A stretch of DNA of 64,000 nucleotides from Treponemataceae bacterium (lineage in GTDB: Bacteria; Spirochaetota; Spirochaetia; Treponematales; Rectinemataceae): assembly GCA_963678065.2 (NCBI GenBank), contig CAXXVZ010000002.1, positions 288,001-352,000 on the forward strand, written 5' to 3'. The translations under genes were made by a program, and so were the position numbers. Shown here one piece after another: positions 19,716-30,109 of the stretch. Under the pieces are notes generated by a model. The model was not told where the DNA came from and ran no database searches. It worked only from the letters and a program-made list of their open reading frames with translations. How positions within the stretch are numbered: the first letter of the stretch is position 1; every line of letters begins with the position of its first letter.

Positions 19716-19763
19716 GCCATCCCTCCGAAACTCGAAATCATTTGTTGCGCTTTTATTGAAGAA

Positions 19764-20735
19764 TCAATACGCCTCTTTCCACATGTATCGTCTCTTTGAC
19801 ATAGGGTGGTTTCTGATCTCAGCCATTATTGAAACCACATAACGCTCGACCGGAATCATCACTACGGGATTGAAAAATTCGACTACCGCATCGCTTATGG
19901 CGTTCAGACCCAAGTCCCTCGCGTCAATTACGGTTACCTTGGACGCGTGCTTCTTGAGGAACGCAAGACAGCGTTCGTCGAGAGGTCGCGTACGTCCTTC
20001 ACTCATAAAGAGTATTATCGGCAAGTTCCTGTCGGTGGTCTCGAATGGTCCGTGAAAATACTCGCCGGTATGAATGACTACGGCATGCTTCCATTGCATT
20101 TCCATAAAGTGGCATGCGGCCATAGTATAGGCAGTGCCGAAATTCGATCCGCTTGCCATCACATAGAATATTTCTTCATCCTTGTACTTTTCCGCAAATT
20201 CTTTTCCGATCGGCAAGATATACTTTTTAGCTTTGGAGACGATCAGGTCGATTTTTTCGAATGCTTCCATCGCTTCAGGGTATTCGCTGTATCCCTCGAA
20301 TTGTTCCAGGATCTCGAATCCCAGACGAAGCGATATCGCCTGATTTGCCTGACTATAAACCTGATCGTCGCCGTTGGAATACACTACGACATACCGGGCA
20401 TTTGCGGCCATTGGCGTATCCGGCCGCCCTGTCATCGCTATCGTCAATGCGCCTCTTGAATTGGCGACTTTGACCGCCTCTACGGTCTCACGAGTTCCTT
20501 GCAAGGAACACAGGATGCATATACACCGTTCATCCAATGCATCAGGTGCCGCATGAACGAACTCATTGCTTGTGTATAACCCTACACCAAAGGATTTTGC
20601 CTTGCTCGCGAGGAGGTATTTCCCTGGATAAATGGCCGCCAAGGATCCGCCACAACTGATGAAATACACGGCTTTAAGCCCGCCGGCAGCAGTTATCCTC
20701 GTCTTGATATCTGCGATGATGTTCTTCACGTCCAT
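19764..20735 (-). CDS. frlB: Fructosamine-6-phosphate deglycase (double SIS domain, FrlB family)
   Basis: CGGSLA, GTRETV, FMEMQW, HTGEYFHGPFETTD, SEGRTRPLDER, HPMSKRRYM; AAGGAG RBS before ATG 20735. Confidence 0.9.
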   Translation of the reverse strand: MDVKNIIADIKTRITAAGGLKAVYFISCGGSLAAIYPGKYLLASKAKSFGVGLYTSNEFVHAAPDALDERCICILCSLQGTRETVEAVKVANSRGALTIAMTGRPDTPMAANARYVVVYSNGDDQVYSQANQAISLRLGFEILEQFEGYSEYPEAMEAFEKIDLIVSKAKKYILPIGKEFAEKYKDEEIFYVMASGSNFGTAYTMAACHFMEMQWKHAVVIHTGEYFHGPFETTDRNLPIILFMSEGRTRPLDERCLAFLKKHASKVTVIDARDLGLNAISDAVVEFFNPVVMIPVERYVVSIMAEIRNHPMSKRRYMWKEAY

Positions 20736-20756
20736 GACCAAGCTCCTTCCTCCAGG

Positions 20757-20784
20757 GTGTCCCGCCCGGGTCCGGGCGGGACAC
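20757..20784. other. Perfect GC-rich hairpin between the SBP gene and frlB (probable mRNA-stabilising stem)
   Basis: GTGTCCCGCCCGG-gt-CCGGGCGGGACAC; no U-tract. Confidence 0.7.
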
Positions 20785-20799
20785 TGATTCGCTGTCTGT

Positions 20800-22374
20800 T
20801 TACTTGCTTACGACGACATCTTCGAGTGTAATTCCCGAAATGAACGTCAGGATGCCATCGAGATTCTTGAAATTGCTGACCTTATTGCTGCGAGCAAAGC
20901 ACTGCTCTCTGTAATTAATGTAGACAAATGGAGACAGATCGAGAGCTCTGAGTCTGAACTTGTCGTATATGGCAGCGCGTTTGGCCGGATCGAATGTCCG
21001 CCTGCCTTCAGCGAGCAGCTTTTCGATCTCATCGTCCTGGAACCATGCGGAGCTGTTGAGCCGGGGCTCGCCGCCAGCAAAGTAATTCGCGCACCAATCC
21101 ATGTCGACAATATTTCCTGTCGTACCGGTGATCAGGAAGTCGTATTGCCCTTTATTGGTCCTGTCGATGCGGGTGGCCCAATCCGGCAGTTCAACCTCGA
21201 CGGTTATGCCGATCTTCTTGAGACTGTCCTGGATCACAAGAGCGGTTTGCTTGTGCATCTCGTAGGTTGCGGTCGAGAGCATTTTGACCTTGAAACCGTT
21301 GGGGAAACCGGCCTCGGCGAGAAGCGCTTTGGCCTTCGCAAGATCGTACGAGAAGTACTTGTCGTACTTGCCATCGTAGCCGTTCTGCCCCAAGCGCGTC
21401 GGGAATCCGAAGATCTGGGTTCCTCTGCCCATAAATGCCGTATCGATGACAGCCTGCCTGTCGACTGCGTAGGCTACAGCTTTTCTGATTCTTGAATCAG
21501 CAAAGATGCTTCCTTTCTGGCAATTGAACTGGATCATCATGAACGGCGCTTCGGAAATATCGACTATAATTCCTTTTTCTTTCTGGAAGTTGATTACTTC
21601 CTTTGAAGGCACGTAATCAATAAGATCGACTTCCCCGGACCTGAGCGCATTTGCTCTCGTTGTATCATCGGTATAGAAAACGAACCGCAGTGTCTTTGTT
21701 GCCGGCTTATTCGGTTTATAGAATCCATTGACCGCGGTGAGCACGATCTCGCGGCCCTTTTCCCACTTTGTGAACTTATAGGGACCGCTTCCCATGGGGT
21801 TGGCATCGAGATCATTGTTGTGGGATTGGGTCCAGGCTTTTGAAACGATGGCGCTCTCAGGCAAGGCAAGATAATCGATAAAGGGAGCGACCGGCGCTTT
21901 CAGGATGATCTTGACGACCTTTGCCGATACCACTTCGCAACGATCGACGAGGGTTCTGAAATCAGCGCCGAACGTTGCTTTTGTCTTGGTATCCATGATC
22001 CGTTCGATCGAGAACTTTACATCTTCGGCAGTTACCGTTGTACCGTCGTGGAATGTCGCATTCGGTTTTATTTTGAATGTAAAGGTCAGGCCATCGTTTG
22101 ATACTGTATATGATTCCGCAACCTCGTACCCGATTTTCCCGTCGGCCTCGTAGCTGACAAGGCCACGATATACATTCTGCTTGATGATCCGGGTAGCTTG
22201 ACCTGACTGCATATGGGGATCCATGGTTGCAGGTTCCAGGCTAAGACCCATTCTGAGTTCATCCACCAAGCCGCTCGATGCGGCTGTGGCGCCTCCCGCT
22301 GCTCCGACCGCCAGCGTGCTTGCCAGCAACAGCGCGACTACGAAGCACGACTTGAAAAGCTTCAAACGCTTCAT
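20800..22374 (-). CDS. Peptide/opine-type ABC substrate-binding protein (family 5)
   Basis: Signal peptide, EPATMDPH, FHDGTTVTAEDVKFSIER, PMGSGPYKF, AKALLAEAGFPNGF. Confidence 0.93.
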   Translation of the reverse strand: MKRLKLFKSCFVVALLLASTLAVGAAGGATAASSGLVDELRMGLSLEPATMDPHMQSGQATRIIKQNVYRGLVSYEADGKIGYEVAESYTVSNDGLTFTFKIKPNATFHDGTTVTAEDVKFSIERIMDTKTKATFGADFRTLVDRCEVVSAKVVKIILKAPVAPFIDYLALPESAIVSKAWTQSHNNDLDANPMGSGPYKFTKWEKGREIVLTAVNGFYKPNKPATKTLRFVFYTDDTTRANALRSGEVDLIDYVPSKEVINFQKEKGIIVDISEAPFMMIQFNCQKGSIFADSRIRKAVAYAVDRQAVIDTAFMGRGTQIFGFPTRLGQNGYDGKYDKYFSYDLAKAKALLAEAGFPNGFKVKMLSTATYEMHKQTALVIQDSLKKIGITVEVELPDWATRIDRTNKGQYDFLITGTTGNIVDMDWCANYFAGGEPRLNSSAWFQDDEIEKLLAEGRRTFDPAKRAAIYDKFRLRALDLSPFVYINYREQCFARSNKVSNFKNLDGILTFISGITLEDVVVSK

Positions 22375-22462
22375 ACACTTCCTCCTTCACCCACCGCACG
22401 ATATCCGTCTGCCTCCAAGGTGGTTCGCAACGAAGCGACTCCCCGAAGACATAAATCCCCTG

Positions 22463-23299
22463 TCAAAAACCATCCTTGAGCTTAGGATCAAGAACGTCAC
22501 GAAGCGCGTCACCTAAAAGGTTCGTTGCAAGGATCATCAGACTGAGAAGAAGCGCGGGCCAGACCATATACATGATGTTCACGGACAGATAGTTTTTGGC
22601 GTCTCCGATCATTTGTCCCCACGAAGGATCCGGAGGTTGAACTCCCAAACCAAGGAAGCTCAAACCTGATTCCAGAAGAATCGCATTTGCGATGGTCAGA
22701 CTTATTTGAATCATGATCGGCGAAAAGATATTGGGGATGATCGACTTTGCCATCACCCGAAGGGAACTGGATCCGATGGATATGTCGCTTTCGACGAATT
22801 CCAGTTTTTTGATTTGAAGCGTTGCCGCAAATGACAATCTGGCGAAGTGCGGCGTATAAAGGATACCCACAGCGATCGTCAGGTTTTTTATGCCGGCTCC
22901 CCACAAGCCTACCACCATCATTGCGAGGAGTATCGGAGGAAAACACAGTATGATCTCCACCGCCCGCATGAGCGCGTTTCCGACGCGGCCGCCTACATAT
23001 GCGCCCGTCACACCGATGATCGTCCCGGAGATCAAGGCAATGATGGTTCCCACGATTGCGACAGTGATGGAAGGGCGTATTCCCACGATCAACCGACTGG
23101 CTATGCTTCGGCCAAATTCATCGGTGCCAAGCGGGTAGCTTGCCGACATTGGCTTGAGAATTTCCTTCGTATTCATCGCGCGGGGATCATGTCTGATGAA
23201 CGATGGCCCGAATATCGCGATGAACGCGAGGGGGATCAGTATCGCGAGACTTACTACGAATTTCGAGTTGTGAGCGCACCTTTTGAGTGTATCCATCAT
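22463..23299 (-). CDS. Peptide-type ABC permease (DppC/OppC-like)
   Basis: PLGTDEFGR, ESGLSFLGLGVQPPDPSWG, NLLGDALRDVLDPK. Confidence 0.93.
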   Translation of the reverse strand: MMDTLKRCAHNSKFVVSLAILIPLAFIAIFGPSFIRHDPRAMNTKEILKPMSASYPLGTDEFGRSIASRLIVGIRPSITVAIVGTIIALISGTIIGVTGAYVGGRVGNALMRAVEIILCFPPILLAMMVVGLWGAGIKNLTIAVGILYTPHFARLSFAATLQIKKLEFVESDISIGSSSLRVMAKSIIPNIFSPIMIQISLTIANAILLESGLSFLGLGVQPPDPSWGQMIGDAKNYLSVNIMYMVWPALLLSLMILATNLLGDALRDVLDPKLKDGF

Positions 23300-24252
23300 C
23301 CCACCTCCGCTCTCGCCCGTGGATCCACTACGCCATACAAAACATCAACGAGGAGATTGGCGAGGATGAACAGGGATGACATTACGAGGAGACAGCCTTG
23401 AATCAGGGGATAGTCTCTATGGTTTATTGCCTTGACCAAAAGCGTCGCCAAACCAGGCCAATTGAATACGTATTCGCACAGTACTGTGCCGCCGATCAGG
23501 TTCCCGAGTTGGAGCCCTATGATTGTGATCACCGGGATGATCGCATTCCGGATTACGTGTCGCCTGATGACAACCCGTTCCGGCAACCCCTTGGCCCTCA
23601 GCGCGCGCACCGAATCGCGCGACAGCGCCTCGAGCATGGATGACCGGGTCATACGCATGATTGAAGCCGCGAGACCTAGAGCCAATGTACTGGCAGGAAG
23701 TACCAGCTTCAGAATGTGCTTCAAGGGATTTTGTGAAAAATCGGTATAGCCGCTGGATGGCAGAATCTTCAGCTTCAGGGCGAATGCGACAACAAGCAGA
23801 TATCCCAGGACATAGACAGGAATTGAATTTCCTACAGAGGCGGCTACAGTCAGGGCCATATCAGACAATTTGCCTCGTTTCAACGCTGCCCAGATGCCAA
23901 ATGGTATTCCAATGAAGCAGGCAAGAATCAGTGAGGATATCGCGAGTTCCAAAGTCCTCGGCAACCTCGAAGCTATCGATACGCTGACACGCTCGCGCTC
24001 GCTGTACGATTTCCCCAAGTCGCCGCGCGACAAATGTAAAAGCCAATTGCCATATTGGACGAGCACAGGCTTGTCCAGACCGAGTTCTGCCCGCAACTCC
24101 GCGACTACGGCCGGATCAGGCGCGGTGTCGGTGCCGAGCATCATGAGAACAGGATCGCCGGGCATCATCAAGTCGGCGAAGAAGACTATCGTCATGACGA
24201 CTATGACTTGTACTAAAGCCATGGACAAACGTCTTGCCAAAAAACGAATCAT
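23296..24252 (-). CDS. Peptide-type ABC permease (DppB/OppB-like)
   Basis: MPGDP, LGLDKP, RMTRSSMLE, RAKGL, EYVFNWPGL, RDYPLIQG, DPR. Confidence 0.93.
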   Translation of the reverse strand: MIRFLARRLSMALVQVIVVMTIVFFADLMMPGDPVLMMLGTDTAPDPAVVAELRAELGLDKPVLVQYGNWLLHLSRGDLGKSYSERERVSVSIASRLPRTLELAISSLILACFIGIPFGIWAALKRGKLSDMALTVAASVGNSIPVYVLGYLLVVAFALKLKILPSSGYTDFSQNPLKHILKLVLPASTLALGLAASIMRMTRSSMLEALSRDSVRALRAKGLPERVVIRRHVIRNAIIPVITIIGLQLGNLIGGTVLCEYVFNWPGLATLLVKAINHRDYPLIQGCLLVMSSLFILANLLVDVLYGVVDPRARAEVG

Positions 24253-25235
24253 GGTTTTGCCCCCTCCGACCTTGCCAGGTGACACGCTACTGAATGCTCA
24301 CTCGACAGATACGAGACGACGGGCGGTTCCTTGCTGCAAATTCCCATTGCATACCTGCAACGCGGGTGGAATCTGCACCCTCGAGGCGGATCGACAGGGC
24401 TCGGAACCTCGCCCTGCAGAATTATTCTCTCTGGTTTTGCGGCAATCTCTATGTTTGGCATCGCCGACAGCAGTGCCTGAGTATACGGGTGGCTTGCACT
24501 TGAGTAGAGTTTATCGGCCCGGGCCATTTCGATGATCTGACCGAGATACATTACCGCAATCCGATCGGACATGAATTTTACGACAGACAGGTTGTGAGAG
24601 ATGAAAATATACGTCAATTGAAATTCAGCCTGGATGTCTTTGAGCAGATTCAGAATCTGCGCCTGAATAGACACGTCGAGCGCGGAAACCGGCTCATCGC
24701 AAACGATAAGTTTCGGATTCATCGCTATCGCGCGAGCTATTCCTATACGCTGTCGCTGCCCTCCGGAGAACTCGTGCGGGTACCTGTGCACATAATCCTT
24801 GCTCAATCCGACGAGATCCATAAGACGAAGCACTTCACGCTCCAGGCCGGCTTCAGGCCGGATCCCATGAACCCTGAACGGATCGGCGATTATATCCATG
24901 ACAGTTTGACGAGGATTCAGTGAATCGAATGGCTTCTGGAATACCATGCGCATCTGGGCACGCTGTTCGCGCAGTTTATGGCCTTTCAGTATCCGTAAAT
25001 CGCGGTTTTCAAACAGGATTTCGCCTTCGTCGGGCTCGATGAGTCTGAGCACGATTCTGGCCAGCGTGCTTTTGCCGCAACCGGATTCTCCGACCAATCC
25101 GAATGTCTCGCCTTTCATCACTGAAAATCCGACTCCATCTATGGCATGAACGAAAGCCCTGGATGAGCCGAAGAGCCCTCTTCGCACCGGGAAGTATTTT
25201 TTCAGGCTTCGTGTTTCCAGAAGGACTTCAGCCAA
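24249..25235 (-). CDS. Peptide-type ABC ATPase (DppF/OppF-like)
   Basis: [40 protein letters not shown]. Confidence 0.94.
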   Translation of the reverse strand: MAEVLLETRSLKKYFPVRRGLFGSSRAFVHAIDGVGFSVMKGETFGLVGESGCGKSTLARIVLRLIEPDEGEILFENRDLRILKGHKLREQRAQMRMVFQKPFDSLNPRQTVMDIIADPFRVHGIRPEAGLEREVLRLMDLVGLSKDYVHRYPHEFSGGQRQRIGIARAIAMNPKLIVCDEPVSALDVSIQAQILNLLKDIQAEFQLTYIFISHNLSVVKFMSDRIAVMYLGQIIEMARADKLYSSASHPYTQALLSAMPNIEIAAKPERIILQGEVPSPVDPPRGCRFHPRCRYAMGICSKEPPVVSYLSSEHSVACHLARSEGAKP

Positions 25236-26232
25236 TTCGGGCCCCCTCTTTTATTACCGAAGCCGCTTTCCAGCATTTGACCCGATGCCCGCCGGCAAAC
25301 TCGACCATGGCGGGTTCGGTCTCGAAGCAGACATGGTCCGCCATATGACAACGAGTGCAGAACCTGCAACCTTTGGGCATGGATTTGATATCCGGAACCG
25401 TTCCGACGATACTGTGCAAGCGTGATTCATTCGCATCGATTTTCGGTATCGAGTGCATGAGACCAATCGTATAGGGATGGATGGCGTTTTTAAAAATTGT
25501 CTTTGCAGGCGCCTCCTCCATCAGTTTTCCCGCGTACATCACAAGGATCCTGTCGGCTATCTCCGCGACGACGCCCAGGTCGTGCGTGATTATCACTATG
25601 CCCATTCCATATTCGTCGCGGATATTTCGCAGGAGATCGAGTATCTGTGCCTGCACCGTGACATCGAGAGCCGTAGTCGGTTCGTCAGCGATAAGAAGCT
25701 TGGGGTTGCATGCCAGGGCTATCGCGATCATCACACGCTGGCACATGCCGCCCGAGAGTTCGAACGGATATGAATTGAATACGCGCTCCGGGCTCGCAAT
25801 CCCGACCGATCGAAGAAGATTCAGCGCGCGTTCCCTGGCAATTCGGTTACCAATTCTTTCGTGAACCTGTATTGCCTCTACAATTTGATAGCCAGCCGTG
25901 AACAGCTGATCGAGAGACATCATAGGATCCTGGAAGATCATCGAAATGTCTTTCCCGCGAAGGCTGTACATCTCCTGTTCGTTGAGTGCCAGCACATCGC
26001 GGCCTTCGAACCGGATCGAACTCCCAGGCACAATGCGAGCCTGATTCGGCAATAACCGTATGATCGACAATGATGCCATCGTCTTTCCGCTGCCGCTTTC
26101 GCCGACAATCCCCACTGTCTCGCCCCGGTCGACTTCAAAGCTGAGGCCCTCGACGGCAGAAAATGACTGATGCTTCTTGCCGAACGCCATAGTGAGGTTT
26201 TCGACCGAGAGCAGCGGGGATGCATGCATCAC
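25228..26232 (-). CDS. Peptide-type ABC ATPase (DppD/OppD-like)
   Basis: [38 protein letters not shown]. Confidence 0.94.
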   Translation of the reverse strand: MMHASPLLSVENLTMAFGKKHQSFSAVEGLSFEVDRGETVGIVGESGSGKTMASLSIIRLLPNQARIVPGSSIRFEGRDVLALNEQEMYSLRGKDISMIFQDPMMSLDQLFTAGYQIVEAIQVHERIGNRIARERALNLLRSVGIASPERVFNSYPFELSGGMCQRVMIAIALACNPKLLIADEPTTALDVTVQAQILDLLRNIRDEYGMGIVIITHDLGVVAEIADRILVMYAGKLMEEAPAKTIFKNAIHPYTIGLMHSIPKIDANESRLHSIVGTVPDIKSMPKGCRFCTRCHMADHVCFETEPAMVEFAGGHRVKCWKAASVIKEGARIG

Positions 26233-27980
26233 CGAACTCTCTCCCTGAGCCTCGCGGTTTCCGGTTTGTTGACAATCAATGAATCATCAGCACCTTCCAG
26301 AACCACGCCATACGACTCAGTCGCTTTTTCTCTGGACACTTTCCCGTCAATGACATCGGACAGCACGGCTTCAGCCGATCGTTCGAATGGAATGCCATAT
26401 CCGCCCGATCCTGGCGTCAGGACACTCACGATGTCCCCTTTGTTGAGGAGTATGTCAGTGCATTTTGAAGGGAGACGATCTACCGATCCGCTCACGCGAC
26501 GCAGCGTGTACTGCCCACCATAGCCGCATTCCCCGCCATCGAGACCCCAAGGAGGAATAATCTGCCTGTCACCCAAACCGGTATAGGAGACTTTGTCCAT
26601 AAGGGCCTCGAAATCGCGCTGGATGCCAAGTCCGCCGCGATACTTTCCCGGGCCGCCGCTATCGGGGCGAAGTGCGTATTGTCTGATGAGCACCAAGGGG
26701 AATTCCATTTCCAACGCTTCTATCGGAAGATTCGAAGTGTTCGTCATATGGACCTGAACGCCGCTCAAACCGTCTTTGTGCCTGCTCGCGCCGGAGCCGC
26801 CCGCGATCGTCTCTAGGTATACGTAGAAGCGATCTTTGTCGTGAGGATCGGAGGCGCTGAAGATGGCCGATGTCACCGAACTGTTGCAGCATGCGATGGC
26901 GCGTTCCGGCACCGCTGGAGCCAGTGCTCCGAATATCACATCTGCCACACGCTGGCATGTATCGATCCTTTCTCCTACCGGAGCCGGATTTTGCGCATTG
27001 ATGATGAGTCCCGGCTCGGCAATCACATTGAATGCGCGGTAGATGCCGGCATTGGAAGGTATGTCCGGATCGATCAGCGCCTTCAAGGAATAGAACACAG
27101 TAGCCAGGAGACCATTATAGGTTACGTTGATCGGACCAGGTACCTGACGATGCGTACCGGCGAAGTTGAGTTCCATCGTATCGTCGAGGATGGTGATCTT
27201 TACGGAGATGGGGATGGGATCAGGACAGGCCGCGCCCGCGTCGTCCATATAATCGACGAATACATACTCGCCCTTTTTGATCTTCGAGATACCGGCGCGA
27301 AGCCTCCGCTCCGCATAATCCTGCAGCTCGTACATGCTGTCGATCAGGGTCGATCCGTAACGCCGGTATGCTTCGGCGAGGCGCCTGAGTCCCACGCGGT
27401 TGGACGCGATCTGCGCTTGAAGATCCCCGAAACGCTCCTTCGGAAGACGGCTGTTGACCATGAGAAAACCAAGAATGTCCTCATTCAACTCGCCTTTTTC
27501 GCATATGCGAACGAGAGGAATCTTGATTCCTTCCTGATAGATGCTGACAGCATCGCCGGACGTCGACCCCGGGACTTTTCCTCCGACATCGCTGTGATGT
27601 GCGAGATTGGCGACCCATCCTATAAGTTCATCGCCGTCAAATGCCGGCGCCACGACAGTGATGTCGGGCAAATGCGTTCCGCCGCCGTTGTAGGGATCGT
27701 TTCCCATGAACATATCGCCAGGTTTTATTGCCTGGAGAGGATGTTTCTTGTAGACTTCCTTGACTATTCCAAGCAGGGAACCGAGATGCATCGCCACATG
27801 CTCTGCCTGGGAGACCATATTCCCTTCGGGATCAAATATCGCCGTGGAGATATCGCGACGTTCTTTTATATTGGTCGAGTAGGCACTCTTTATGAGCGCG
27901 ACACCCATCTCTTCGGCTACTGAAAGCAGCAAATTGCCGATGATCTCGACGGTTACGGCATCGATCTTTCCTTTCGTCAT
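26229..27980 (-). CDS. Hydantoinase B / 5-oxoprolinase family subunit
   Basis: SAYSTNIKERRDISTAIFD, GGTHLPD, AHHSDVGG, MTNTSNLPIEALE, SGGPGKYRGGLG, TPGSGGYG. Confidence 0.94.
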   Translation of the reverse strand: MTKGKIDAVTVEIIGNLLLSVAEEMGVALIKSAYSTNIKERRDISTAIFDPEGNMVSQAEHVAMHLGSLLGIVKEVYKKHPLQAIKPGDMFMGNDPYNGGGTHLPDITVVAPAFDGDELIGWVANLAHHSDVGGKVPGSTSGDAVSIYQEGIKIPLVRICEKGELNEDILGFLMVNSRLPKERFGDLQAQIASNRVGLRRLAEAYRRYGSTLIDSMYELQDYAERRLRAGISKIKKGEYVFVDYMDDAGAACPDPIPISVKITILDDTMELNFAGTHRQVPGPINVTYNGLLATVFYSLKALIDPDIPSNAGIYRAFNVIAEPGLIINAQNPAPVGERIDTCQRVADVIFGALAPAVPERAIACCNSSVTSAIFSASDPHDKDRFYVYLETIAGGSGASRHKDGLSGVQVHMTNTSNLPIEALEMEFPLVLIRQYALRPDSGGPGKYRGGLGIQRDFEALMDKVSYTGLGDRQIIPPWGLDGGECGYGGQYTLRRVSGSVDRLPSKCTDILLNKGDIVSVLTPGSGGYGIPFERSAEAVLSDVIDGKVSREKATESYGVVLEGADDSLIVNKPETARLRERVR

Positions 27981-30040
27981 TTCCTGCCTCCAACGTTAGA
28001 GACGATCAAGTTATCGAATCCGTCCGTATATGCCTTCCAGCCGGGAGGAATGACGGACGTCGAGTCCATCTGCTCGATGATTGCCGGCCCTTCTATCGTG
28101 CAACCCGGCTCGATATCTTCCCTTTGATACACCACGGTAGGCCGATATGCTTTCTCGCCTTCGAAGCGAACATTTCGTGTTTCCAGCGGCTTGGGTGGCA
28201 GCGCATCGGGCCGGATCGAGCGGGCGGCAAGTTCCGGTTTCACGATGATGCCGATGGCGCTCAGGCGATAATTCACCATCTGCACGCGCATATTCTTGTT
28301 ATGGTAGCCGTATGAACGGTTGTGTTCGTCGTGGAATTTCCCGATCATCGCGGCCATCGCCGATTCATCGAAATCCCTGTCTACATCGATTGCTATCTCA
28401 TAGTTTTGCCGTTCATAGCGGCACTCAACGGCACAGGTGTAGCGCCTGTCTTTCCGTTTGACGTTCTGCTTGTCGAGCATCGCGTCGCCTTCTTCGAGAA
28501 GACTTGCGATAATGGCCTTGACCTTGCCAAGATTTTCCCGATTGGCGATCAGGACGTTGGAACGGCTTACGTCGAACTTCGTATCGGCCATGAGCAGACC
28601 GAGCGAACAGAGTGTACCCGGAGCCGGAGGAATGAGAACCTTGGAGATGCCCATCTCTTCGGCAACCTCGCACGCATGGAGCGGGCCGGCTCCTCCGAAC
28701 GCCATAAGCGTAAATTCCCGCACATCGTAGCCGCGCTCGACAGAGACCATACGGATAGCGCGTATCATGTTCGAGTTTACGACCGATACCACACCTGCCG
28801 CGGCGTCCTGAATGCTCAATGCCGACTTGCTGCAGATCCTCGTTTCCAATGCTTTCTCCGCAAGCTGTATATCGACATCCATACGGCCGCCGAGAATCTT
28901 TGTCCTGTTGAGCTTGCCAAGCACGATATTTGCGTCCGATACGGTAGGTTCTACGCCACCGCGCATGTAGCATGCCGGCCCTGGCGTGGCGCCCGCGCTC
29001 CGTGGTCCGACCTTCAAGGCTCCGCCATCATCGATGGATGCAATAGATCCGCCGCCCGCGCCGACTGTGATGACATCCAGCATCGGTATGCGGGCTGGAT
29101 AGCCCTCAACCAGGCGCTCATTCGAAACCTGCATTTTGCCGTTCTCGATGAGGCTGATATCGGCACTCGTGCCACCCATATCGAATGATATCACTTTGTC
29201 CATCCCGCACCGGCTTCCGATATATGCCGCGCCTACGACGCCGGCGCTTGGACCGGAAACTGCCGTTTTGATCGGACAATCGACTGTCTCGCCGATCGAT
29301 ATGACCGATCCGTTCGATTGCGTCACATATGGAGCTACGCTGATTCCCGCTTTTTTGATTGATTGCTCGAAATTATGGACATACTTTGCCATCACAGGGC
29401 CAAGATAGGCATTCAACACTGTTGTACTCATCCTGGAGTACTCGCGGAATTCAGGCACCAGCGCGCTAGAGATTGTCACATACGCTTCCGGAAATTCCTT
29501 GTCGATGATGCTTTTTATTTTTTTCTCGTGATCGGGGTTTATGAATGAGAAAAGCGTGCACACGGCTATTGCTTCCGCCCCGCGCTTTTTCAAGTGAGAG
29601 ACAGCTTTCAGGACACTTTCATCATCCAGGGGCTCTCGCACGGAACCGTCGCAAAGAATGCGCTCATCGACTTCGCATTTGAGGTCGGCCGCGACCAGGC
29701 TTTCCGGCTTATCCTTGAGCAGATCGTATAATGAAGGCCGTTTTTGCCAGCCTATCTCCATGAGGTCTTTGAAACCTCTCGTGGTGACCAGCCCGAGCCT
29801 TGCTCCTTTTTTTTCTATCAAAGCGTTTGTAGCGACGGTAGTGCCATGTGCCAGGTATTCAACATCGAGCGGATCTATTTTCTCTTCTTCGAGAATGTGC
29901 AGTATTCCGCTGACGATCGATTTGGAAGGATCCTGTGGCGTCGAACTCTGCTTATAGTTGAACAATCGTCCTGTTTTGGTATTGAACACAGAGAAATCCG
30001 TGAAAGTACCACCCACATCGACACCAATCATAAAACCCAT
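27977..30040 (-). CDS. Hydantoinase A / 5-oxoprolinase family ATP-binding subunit
   Basis: GVDVGGTFTD, HGTTVATNALIE, DMGGTSADI, GAGGGSIA, GPRSAGATPGPACY, FGGAGPLHA. Confidence 0.94.
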   Translation of the reverse strand: MGFMIGVDVGGTFTDFSVFNTKTGRLFNYKQSSTPQDPSKSIVSGILHILEEEKIDPLDVEYLAHGTTVATNALIEKKGARLGLVTTRGFKDLMEIGWQKRPSLYDLLKDKPESLVAADLKCEVDERILCDGSVREPLDDESVLKAVSHLKKRGAEAIAVCTLFSFINPDHEKKIKSIIDKEFPEAYVTISSALVPEFREYSRMSTTVLNAYLGPVMAKYVHNFEQSIKKAGISVAPYVTQSNGSVISIGETVDCPIKTAVSGPSAGVVGAAYIGSRCGMDKVISFDMGGTSADISLIENGKMQVSNERLVEGYPARIPMLDVITVGAGGGSIASIDDGGALKVGPRSAGATPGPACYMRGGVEPTVSDANIVLGKLNRTKILGGRMDVDIQLAEKALETRICSKSALSIQDAAAGVVSVVNSNMIRAIRMVSVERGYDVREFTLMAFGGAGPLHACEVAEEMGISKVLIPPAPGTLCSLGLLMADTKFDVSRSNVLIANRENLGKVKAIIASLLEEGDAMLDKQNVKRKDRRYTCAVECRYERQNYEIAIDVDRDFDESAMAAMIGKFHDEHNRSYGYHNKNMRVQMVNYRLSAIGIIVKPELAARSIRPDALPPKPLETRNVRFEGEKAYRPTVVYQREDIEPGCTIEGPAIIEQMDSTSVIPPGWKAYTDGFDNLIVSNVGGRK

Positions 30041-30109
30041 CTGACTACCCCTTCAATCCGAACAAGGTCTGCTTCAATGGCCTGCGTATAGTGACATTCG
30101 CCACCAACG